Part shown: piece after piece, positions 19,078 to 24,438 of the stretch
Position numbering within the stretch: position 1 is the stretch's first letter
Layout: the number at the start of each line of letters is the position of its first letter
Origin: a virus
Taxonomy: Duplodnaviria; Heunggongvirae; Uroviricota; Caudoviricetes
Direction: 5' to 3' (one strand)
Virus record (IMG/VR): IMGVR_UViG_638341084_000009
Length of the DNA: 24,438 bases
Made by a program: the position numbers and the translations under genes
The notes under the pieces: generated by a model
Databases searched by the model: none
The model's input: the letters and a program-made list of their open reading frames with translations, nothing else
What the model was told of the DNA's origin: nothing

Positions 19078-19558
19078 CGAGTAAATCCGGTAATTTATCC
19101 CCTGCCCGCGCACACTGATTTGCCCCCTTCGCAATAAGGGTTTTCAGATGGTCAAGATGGCGCGGTGTTAAATCAGGAAACTGTCGCTGCATGGATAAAG
19201 GGATGGAATCAAGCGTACTGGATAACGCCATTGCCAGCTTACTGAGGGCAAAAATACAGAACCCGGTGTCAATCAGTTTTCCTTTTGACACCTCATTTTT
19301 TAACTGCTGTGTAACAGCCTGTTCTGCTGTCAGTTCCCATCTGGCAATAAGCAATTTCTCCTCATAGTCGTCTTCGCTATCGCCATCAGGCACATCGTTT
19401 TTACTTCTCCTCAGATACGATATGTAAAAATCGCGCCAGGCATCCAGATCCAGTTGCCCTCGCTTATTCGATATCGGGGCACCCGGCAATTTCTGCAATC
19501 TGCGAAGCTGGCGATCGGTCAGACTTAAATGCCTGGCAACTTCAGTCTGCGTAGCCAC
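19049..19558 (-). CDS. Nu1: Terminase small subunit Nu1-like (divergent N-terminal HTH domain, lambda-like C-terminal half)
   Basis: Apparent GTG start at 19556-19558 preceded by AGGTGAGGA. N-terminus (V/M)ATQTEVARHLSLTDRQLRRLQKLPGAP looks like an HTH but is unlike lambda Nu1. C-terminal half …DTGFCIFALSKLAMALSSTLDSIPLSMQRQFPDLTPRHLDHLKTLIAKG…LLDEYI is clearly Nu1-like. Confidence 0.8.
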   Translation of the reverse strand: MATQTEVARHLSLTDRQLRRLQKLPGAPISNKRGQLDLDAWRDFYISYLRRSKNDVPDGDSEDDYEEKLLIARWELTAEQAVTQQLKNEVSKGKLIDTGFCIFALSKLAMALSSTLDSIPLSMQRQFPDLTPRHLDHLKTLIAKGANQCARAGDKLPDLLDEYIRATTE

Positions 19559-19597
19559 TCCTCACCTCGCAAAAACTCTCACCTCACAATCACAACA

Positions 19598-19705
19598 AAA
19601 CCGGTCATGTCCGGTTTACATGTCTGTTTTTTGTTCATGTCCGGTTCACAGAAGACCTGTTTTTATATTTTTCATATAGTTAACTTGAAGAGAAACCGGA
19701 CATGG
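19598..19705. promoter_or_regulatory. cosB-like region: three copies of an 11 bp element CATGTCCGGTT (two direct, one inverted), candidate terminase small-subunit R sites
   Basis: Copies at 19606-19616 and 19636-19646 (plus orientation) and 19694-19704 (inverted, as AACCGGACATG). The first is embedded in a perfect inverted repeat AAACCGG-N6-CCGGTTT (19598-19617). An A/T-rich tract (19655-19690) between copies 2 and 3 could be a bend or IHF site. All lie between the Nu1 start and cosN. Confidence 0.55.
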
Positions 19706-19741
19706 ATCCCGGAAAATTTTCATAAATAGCGAAAACCCGCG

Positions 19742-19753
19742 AGGTCGCCGCCC
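19742..19753. other. cosN, cohesive end site (12 nt overhang region identical to lambda)
   Basis: 19709-19753 reverse-complemented reads GGGCGGCGACCTCGCGGGTTTTCGCTATTTATGAAAATTTTCCGG, which I recognise as the lambda left cohesive end and adjacent bases. Spacing to the Nu1 start is about 185 bp, as in lambda. Confidence 0.8.
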
Positions 19754-19789
19754 CGTAACCTGTCGGATCGCCGGAAAGGACCCACGAAA

Positions 19790-19806
19790 ATGATAATAAT
19801 TATCAT
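19790..19806. repeat. Inverted repeat ATGATAA-TAA-TTATCAT just outside cosN (cosQ-side), candidate protein-binding site
   Basis: 7 bp perfect arms with a 3 bp centre, read directly. My recollection is that lambda has a similar palindrome at the equivalent position near its right end. Confidence 0.5.
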
Positions 19807-19960
19807 CTACATGAGGTTTATCACGACATGTGTGTACGCCATCAAACCACGAGAAATAATCAATTATTACGCAGGTATCGTATTAATTGATCTGCATCAA
19901 ATTAGCGTAAAAGCAACTTCAGATAATACAAATCAGCAACACTGAATACGGGGCAACATT

Positions 19961-20185
19961 ATGTCATCAAAGAACAGAACCCGCAGAACAACAACCCGCA
20001 ACATCCGATTTCCAAACCAGATAATTGAACAAATTAACATCGCTCTTGACCTGAAAGGTTCAGGTAATTTTTCAGCGTGGGTTATTGAAGCCTGCAGAAG
20101 AAGATTAATTAATGAAAAATATTCTCAATTTGTACCCAACAAAGACAAACACGACCAGAGCACCTGTTCAGACAGGTTTACTTAA
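19961..20185 (+). CDS. Small ribbon-helix-helix-like protein (YlcI/DUF3950-like, near cos), function unknown
   Basis: 74 aa, MSSKNRTRRTTTRNIRFPNQIIEQINIALDLKGSGNFSAWVIEACRRRL…: basic N-terminus, short beta-strand (NIRFP) then two helices, the RHH/Arc-MetJ pattern. Opposite strand to the late operon, followed by a strong terminator. I recall a similar small ORF at this position in lambda and DLP12 (ylcI). Confidence 0.6.
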   Translation: MSSKNRTRRTTTRNIRFPNQIIEQINIALDLKGSGNFSAWVIEACRRRLINEKYSQFVPNKDKHDQSTCSDRFT

Positions 20186-20203
20186 ACGACTTATATATGA
20201 CAC

Positions 20204-20231
20204 AAAAAGCGACCACTAAAGTCGCTTTTTC
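20204..20231. terminator. Bidirectional rho-independent terminator between the convergent RHH gene and PerC-like gene
   Basis: AAAA-GCGAC-(CACTAAA)-GTCGC-TTTTT: perfect stem with an A-run on one side and a T-run on the other, so it works on both strands. Confidence 0.7.
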
Positions 20232-20266
20232 TTATGGTAACAGGCAATAACTCTCTCAGATATTTT

Positions 20267-20581
20267 TTAGCATTTTTTTGACCGCGCGTTTCCGGACGTA
20301 TTCTGTTCTCCTGTCCCTTTATATCGTCGGAATACCCGCCGCTCTTCAAATCCCATTCCCAACTCAGAATGTAGTCTGTTGACCGCTTGTTTTATTTCGG
20401 TCAGGTTCACCGGTGAAACCGGAGTCCGGCGCGCCTTACGCAAACACTCTGCTCGTTTCTGTGCCGCCACTTTTCTTTTCTGGTCATCACTTAGCTGTAC
20501 CATCACTTTTGCCCATCGTTCAGCTGCTCTCCGGTACAGTCCTTTTTTCTCCAGACATTCTGCCACGTGATCATGTAGCAT
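20267..20581 (-). CDS. PerC-like (Pch-family) putative transcriptional activator, phage moron
   Basis: ATG at 20579-20581 with GGAGG RBS 7 nt upstream. 104 aa, MLHDHVAECLEKKGLYRRAAERWAKVMVQLSDDQKRKVAAQKRAECLRK…; the AE-LE--GL-RRAA-RW--VM N-terminal pattern matches my recollection of the PerC family. Gene is well supported; family assignment is from memory. Confidence 0.55.
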   Translation of the reverse strand: MLHDHVAECLEKKGLYRRAAERWAKVMVQLSDDQKRKVAAQKRAECLRKARRTPVSPVNLTEIKQAVNRLHSELGMGFEERRVFRRYKGTGEQNTSGNARSKKC

Positions 20582-21045
20582 AAGTGACCTCCGATTATCT
20601 ACAGACTGCCATCCTGAATTTACCTTCCCTTAATGAAATAACAATAAAAAACAAACCACGCAAAAACAATAAAACAACACACAAAAAAACTAAATAATAA
20701 ACAAAAATAATCACCTTATTTTATTATTTTTTGAGGGAGCAATTACTGAACAAAAAACGCTGACTATATACTCAAAACCAAACAACTATTCTGCCAATCA
20801 GGTATCATGGCAACACACGGAATTACCGTGTTTTTGCCTTCTCTGCCCATACAATACGGGCATATACTTCATTCTCTATTGTAATATTTCTATCCATGTG
20901 CCCCACTCCATTTACCTGTAAATAATATTCAAAATATTTATCACAGAAATCGTTTTTGGCCATGAACTGAGCACACTATAAAGTCCGGAACTGACTCTTT
21001 GTTAAATTACCTTAACGTTACCAGTAACACCTTCATAACAAAACA
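20582..21045. other. 464 bp AT-rich non-coding spacer between Rz and the PerC-like gene, with a strongly A+C-skewed tract at about 20636-20715
   Basis: GC content visibly far below the flanking phage genes (about 60 percent A in places). 20641-20700 contains 1 G and 5 T in 60 nt. No ORF of 60 aa or more on either strand. Probable promoter/leader for the PerC-like gene. Confidence 0.5.
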
Positions 21046-21513
21046 TCACGGTATACACTGGGTACGGATATATTCCTGTGCTCCTTCCAGTTGCTTCTGC
21101 ATTGCCATCAGCCGTTCTCTGAGGATGAAATAATCCCGTTCAGCGGTGTCTGCCAGTCGGGGGCCGGTTGCATTATCCACGCCGGAGGTGCCGGTGGCTT
21201 CACGCACGGTACCGGAGCAGGTGGCGTTGATCCGCAGGCGCTTACGACCAGCGGCAACATCAGCACGCAGAGTTTCATTTTCAGCTCTCGCATCGGCTAA
21301 TTCCCTCGAGTATCTGGCATCAAGTGCAGCGACATCACGCTGACGCATCTGCATGTCAGTAATTGCCGCGTTCGCCAGCTTCAGTTCTCTGACATTTTTG
21401 TCGCGCTGGGCTTTGTAGGTAATGGCGTTATCACGGTAATGATTCAGCCCCAGACTAAGCGCACCACAGGCCACCAGCAGGGCAATGATGACCACGCACA
21501 GTACGCGGTTCAT
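21046..21513 (-). CDS. Rz: Inner-membrane spanin subunit Rz (i-spanin)
   Basis: 155 aa, [66 protein letters not shown]… nearly colinear with lambda Rz. Confidence 0.9.
   Translation of the reverse strand: MNRVLCVVIIALLVACGALSLGLNHYRDNAITYKAQRDKNVRELKLANAAITDMQMRQRDVAALDARYSRELADARAENETLRADVAAGRKRLRINATCSGTVREATGTSGVDNATGPRLADTAERDYFILRERLMAMQKQLEGAQEYIRTQCIP
21108..21293 (-). CDS. Rz1: Outer-membrane lipoprotein spanin subunit Rz1 (o-spanin), embedded in the +1 frame of Rz
   Basis: 61 aa, [61 protein letters not shown]: lipobox LVVSAC, Pro-rich, matches lambda Rz1, and is fully nested in Rz. Confidence 0.8.
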   Translation of the reverse strand: MRELKMKLCVLMLPLVVSACGSTPPAPVPCVKPPAPPAWIMQPAPDWQTPLNGIISSSENG

Positions 21514-21514
21514 T

Positions 21515-21613
21515 TCACCACCAGCGTATCTGACCGATGAAATAACCGGAGGCCATAATCACAAACACCAGCCAGATAAGAATGAACTTCCAGGTGGATA
21601 ATTTTTCAGCCAT
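21515..21613 (-). CDS. Hypothetical 32 aa single-pass membrane peptide, translationally coupled to Rz
   Basis: ATG at 21611-21613 with [41 protein letters not shown] has one hydrophobic helix. Its stop TGA sits 1 nt before the Rz ATG. No homolog recognised from memory, and a short ORF could be fortuitous. Confidence 0.35.
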   Translation of the reverse strand: MAEKLSTWKFILIWLVFVIMASGYFIGQIRWW

Positions 21614-21691
21614 CACTCGAATCTCCCGAATCAGTTTGCTAAAATCAAACACACTTTCTCCTTTGACTTTTCCGGAGTCAGGAAACACAAA

Positions 21692-21723
21692 ACCCCCGCT
21701 TGGTGCCAACAAACGGGGTTTTT
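21692..21723 (+). terminator. Hairpin with T-run in the R to Rz intergenic gap (candidate plus-strand or weak bidirectional terminator)
   Basis: Stem CCCCGCTTG / CAAACGGGG (8 of 9 pairs) with 7 nt loop, followed by TTTTTACTTTT on the plus strand and preceded by an A-rich tract. Confidence 0.35.
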
Positions 21724-21812
21724 ACTTTTATTCACTTACGTTTCGCCAGTTCGCAGGATTTCATGTTATCCGCCCGCGTGGCCATGCCTTATTTTTCAGC
21801 AAAATATTCTGC

Positions 21813-22346
21813 TTATCTGTCGATACCCCAGCACGCCAGCGCGCTCTCCTGGTCACGACGGGATACCTGACCGTAGCAGTTGTTTGAACGAATACGGCAG
21901 TCTCTGCCACCGTCCTTAATCCACCAGCGAATCGCCTCACACGCTCCCCTGCGATCACCTGCATTAATTCGTTTATAAAACGTCGACGGGAAACACTTAC
22001 CGGGACCAATGTTGTACGGACAGAATGACGCGATCCCCGCTTTCTGGGGTTCGCTCAATGGCACTTTGATGTTTTTCTCCACCCATGCCAGCGCCTTATC
22101 ACGCTCAATGGCGTTGACCTGGTCGCATTTTTCCTTCGACAGTTTCATACCGGGAAAAACGGGTTTTCCATCCACCATCGTGGCCCCCCGACAGATGGTC
22201 CAGATGCCGGAACCATCGCGGTATGCCGTTGTGTGGTTACCCTCTTTTTCGTCCAGAAACTGGTCAAGTATCTGAGGAGCAGACGCGCCTGCAGCAATCA
22301 GCGCCAGAACAGCAGCTGACAGGCCGTATTTGATTTTTGCGCTCAT
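21813..22346 (-). CDS. R: SAR endolysin (phage lysozyme, T4-lysozyme/GH24 type with N-terminal signal-anchor-release domain)
   Basis: 177 aa. N-terminus MSAKIKYGLSAAVLALIAAGASAPQ is a weakly hydrophobic Gly/Ala-rich SAR-type segment. Followed by an E…D/C…T triad region (EGNHTTAYRDGSGIWTICRG) and …RRDQESALACWG, resembling phage 21 R and DLP12 RrrD. Confidence 0.85.
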   Translation of the reverse strand: MSAKIKYGLSAAVLALIAAGASAPQILDQFLDEKEGNHTTAYRDGSGIWTICRGATMVDGKPVFPGMKLSKEKCDQVNAIERDKALAWVEKNIKVPLSEPQKAGIASFCPYNIGPGKCFPSTFYKRINAGDRRGACEAIRWWIKDGGRDCRIRSNNCYGQVSRRDQESALACWGIDR

Positions 22347-22401
22347 GGATATTTATCAGGATGCTACCAATGAAAGATACTGGAAAGCCAACTGCAAAAA
22401 G

Positions 22402-22716
22402 CTAACAACACGTAATCGAGTTATCAGAACTGTTAATTTTTATGGTATTCCGCGCCTCTGAACAGGGGCGCGTTTCTGGCAACAGCTCGTCCTCTTCACA
22501 TAACCCGGCAGCAACATCCAGGAAGACCTGTCTGATGCTCCTTCTGGCTGCTGCCTCATAAAACTCCAGCGCGGCACCTTCAACACGGTCCAGCGAGATG
22601 TCCAGGTCAAAAATTTCACCGTCAAAGCGTTTTTTGTCCCGTAACGCTAAAGTTACCGTAACTTTATTCTCAAAATTGCGGATCCCTTTCACAATCAGTT
22701 CATAGTTTTGAGTCAT
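22402..22716 (-). CDS. YdfR-like protein (DUF1327-like) of unknown function, inserted between holin and endolysin
   Basis: 104 aa, MTQNYELIVKGIRNFENKVTVTLALRDKKRFDGEIFDLDISLDRVEGAALEFYEAAARRSIRQVFLDVAAGL…. Strong GGGGAGAG RBS, 4 nt after the holin stop. No predicted TM segment. Same location as ydfR in E. coli Qin (essQ-ydfR-rrrQ), as I recall it. Confidence 0.65.
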   Translation of the reverse strand: MTQNYELIVKGIRNFENKVTVTLALRDKKRFDGEIFDLDISLDRVEGAALEFYEAAARRSIRQVFLDVAAGLCEEDELLPETRPCSEARNTIKINSSDNSITCC

Positions 22717-22720
22717 TGAA

Positions 22721-22936
22721 TTACTCTCCCCGTGCAGCCTTACGACGGTCCTCTCTGATTTTGAAATACAGGTTAGTCAGATATGTCAGCAGCCCAAACA
22801 GCAGACTCCCCAGCACGCCTATTGCCGCCCACTGAGACGGGGAAACCCTGTCCAGCAACTGCAGGAACCAGTAGCCCGTTCCCACCGCTGACGTGGTGTA
22901 TGACACACCTGTTGTGATTTTTTCCATCTGGTACAT
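22721..22936 (-). CDS. S: Class II pinholin (S21-like) with dual-start motif
   Basis: [71 protein letters not shown], nearly colinear with phage 21 S21 as I recall it. Met1-Tyr-Gln-Met4 gives the antiholin/holin dual starts at 22936 and 22927. The ORF-track start at 23014 is an upstream over-extension. Confidence 0.85.
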   Translation of the reverse strand: MYQMEKITTGVSYTTSAVGTGYWFLQLLDRVSPSQWAAIGVLGSLLFGLLTYLTNLYFKIREDRRKAARGE

Positions 22937-22971
22937 ACCCCGTCTCCCGTTATCCGGAAGCTGACAACAAT

Positions 22972-23002
22972 AAAAAAAGCCACCAGTTAAGTACTGATGG
23001 CT
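22972..23002 (-). terminator. Rho-independent terminator on the late (minus) strand between the esterase gene and S
   Basis: Minus-strand stem AGCCATCAG / CTGGTGGCT (8 of 9 pairs, 7 nt loop) followed by TTTTTTT. An A-run precedes it on the plus strand. Confidence 0.55.
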
Positions 23003-23086
23003 CTGATAACTCATGCAGGCATCTCAGACGACCCACTGACACTACCGGTGAGTTTAACGATACCTTCCATTTGACTGGCTCACTTT

Positions 23087-24438
23087 TTATGATGATGCCG
23101 GTGCATTTATCTCCAGCACCAGACTTTCTATCTCAACGCCATACGCTGCATTTTTGGTAATATCCGTCAGCGTCAGCGCATTCAGCCCCAGTGTCAGACT
23201 GTCTTTTATGACCTGGAATGCCGGGCCAGCCACTCCATTCAGTTTCGGAGTAACCGTGGCACTGCCGGCGGTGAACACCAGCTCCAGCGTCTGCCAGTCG
23301 TTACCGTAATCGCCGAACTCCCCCAGCTTCGTGTTTCCGGCTTTCCTGTGATGCATCAGATTCACTCTGCCGTCAGTGGTCTGAGTGAAGTGCGACATCA
23401 GGAACGGATTACCGGTACCCGTCATCGCCACACCATCAGGAACGGGAGCGTCCGTATACAGATAAATCCCCAGCCCGAACTGATTGTTGGTCAGTGCGCC
23501 TGAGAGGCGGAACTTACAGGTCAGTCTGCCGCCCTGTGTCAGCAGGGTAATTGCGTCATCCACCGGATGCATCAGGGACCAGGTTTTATTGCTCTGCTTG
23601 GTGATCTTAAATACACCATCTGACAACTGAATTCCGCCGTCCTTAATGGTCCAGCCCTGCGCAGCAGCATCTCCGGCTGTCGGCATCAGGGAGATTGTGC
23701 GTATGGATGCATCTTCAGACGGCCCCGATGGCGTGTTGCCGCCGGGCGAGGGTTTGATTTCCGGTGCCTTACCACTGATGAAGGCTGAGGTGCGCCCGGC
23801 TGCGTTCAGAATAGCGGTTGCCAGACGATCCGGAATAATGCTCCTGCGCGCCCATGAACTGAAATGTGTCGGGCGGTTTGATGATACCTGGTTTCCATTC
23901 GTTCTCGATGCCGCACCGTAATATCCTGATGCCGGAATATCCGGATCTTCTGCCGGCGCGTTAGTGGCGGTATTGACGCCGTTACCGTCTGTCATGAAGG
24001 GCACAAAATAAACGCCCTCACTCTCCCTGTTTTTATACCCGCCGTACACGGTGTCGTACTGGGTAGCGTATGTATTTTTCCAGTAATACGTCGTGTCACC
24101 ACAAATCCACGGCACATCTGCAGCACTGCCACCATGACACTGCGCGTTAAACACAGTGAGGTCAGCACGAAACTGCTTCAGCATGGCTGTAAACAGCGCA
24201 GGTTGCTGTGCGTAGGTGGCGGCGCTCATGTCAAACTCTCCCTGCATCCAGCACACCGCCAGCAACACATTTTTCGGGTTCTTCTGTAATGCAGCTTTAG
24301 TGCGCGCAATCAGGTCCTGATATAACGGTTTACCCACCCCCCAGCGCGCCGAATCCTGGCTGGCCCCCGCGTCCGCACTGAATGTCCCCTCCGCGCCCTG
24401 GGTGAATGCCGAACCACCACGACAGCATGGTACCAGCA
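23087..24438 (-). CDS. SASA-domain esterase-like protein (NanS-p / sialate O-acetylesterase-like prophage protein), 5' partial (N-terminus beyond window)
   Basis: Minus-strand frame is open from the window edge with no stop: …SAFTQGAEGTFSADAGASQDSARWGVGKPLYQDLIART…VLLAVCWMQGEFD… then a long Gly/Thr/Ser-rich C-terminal domain ending …EINAPASS. The position directly upstream of the holin matches nanS-p-type genes in Stx-type and other EHEC prophages. Assignment is from memory of that family. Confidence 0.5.
   Translation of the reverse strand, partial: LVPCCRGGSAFTQGAEGTFSADAGASQDSARWGVGKPLYQDLIARTKAALQKNPKNVLLAVCWMQGEFDMSAATYAQQPALFTAMLKQFRADLTVFNAQCHGGSAADVPWICGDTTYYWKNTYATQYDTVYGGYKNRESEGVYFVPFMTDGNGVNTATNAPAEDPDIPASGYYGAASRTNGNQVSSNRPTHFSSWARRSIIPDRLATAILNAAGRTSAFISGKAPEIKPSPGGNTPSGPSEDASIRTISLMPTAGDAAAQGWTIKDGGIQLSDGVFKITKQSNKTWSLMHPVDDAITLLTQGGRLTCKFRLSGALTNNQFGLGIYLYTDAPVPDGVAMTGTGNPFLMSHFTQTTDGRVNLMHHRKAGNTKLGEFGDYGNDWQTLELVFTAGSATVTPKLNGVAGPAFQVIKDSLTLGLNALTLTDITKNAAYGVEIESLVLEINAPASS

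Noticed and set aside
20823-20963. 46 aa minus-strand ORF (MAKNDFCDKYFEYYLQ…) inside the AT-rich spacer
   Set aside because: No Shine-Dalgarno sequence, AT-rich DNA produces such ORFs by chance, and nothing recognisable in the peptide. A 25 aa plus-strand ORF at 20807 was rejected for the same reason.
21582-21887. 101 aa plus-strand ORF in the R to Rz gap
   Set aside because: Contains the terminator-like hairpin in its middle, overlaps the endolysin 3' end antisense, and has no RBS.
22937-23014. N-terminal extension of the holin ORF (track start 23014)
   Set aside because: The extension covers the upstream terminator hairpin and has no RBS. The conserved S21-like protein starts at the MYQM dual-start motif at 22936.
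1-24438. Search for CRISPR arrays, tRNA genes, toxin-antitoxin pairs or known anti-phage defence systems
   Set aside because: No direct-repeat/spacer arrays, no cloverleaf-like GC-rich 75-90 nt segments in intergenic regions, and every ORF of 60 aa or more is accounted for by phage structural, lysis or single-gene moron functions. The RHH gene has no adjacent toxin partner. I cannot rule out systems encoded by very small ORFs or by sequence outside the window.

Overview
This 24.4 kb window is the late region of a lambda-like (lambdoid) prophage of an enterobacterium, most likely E. coli, read almost entirely on the minus strand. I did not find a defence system, CRISPR array, tRNA gene or toxin gene; the accessory content is a handful of small morons. 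All protein calls come from reading the supplied translations against remembered lambda-family proteins, with no database search. Gene order on the minus strand, from the high-coordinate end: a partial esterase gene (NanS-p-like, 5' end outside the window); a lysis cassette (pinholin S, a YdfR-like insert, SAR endolysin R, a small membrane ORF, Rz with embedded Rz1); a 460 bp AT-rich spacer and a PerC-like regulator gene; a small ribbon-helix-helix gene on the plus strand; a cos site (cosN identical to lambda, cosB divergent); then the complete head and tail morphogenesis set Nu1, A, W, B, C/Nu3, D, E, FI, FII, Z, U, V, G/G-T, H, M, L, K, I. A plus-strand Cu,Zn superoxide dismutase gene (sodC) is inserted between I and J. 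J is cut at about codon 826 by the right end of an IS66-family insertion sequence that fills nt 1 to about 805. Eight ambiguous bases (n) cluster in the D/C head genes, so this is draft-quality sequence. The most interesting items are the unexplained accessory ORFs (PerC-like gene with an A+C-skewed leader, YdfR-like gene inside the lysis cassette, small membrane ORF coupled to Rz, RHH gene beside cos), the switched cosB/Nu1 specificity, and the IS66-disrupted J.
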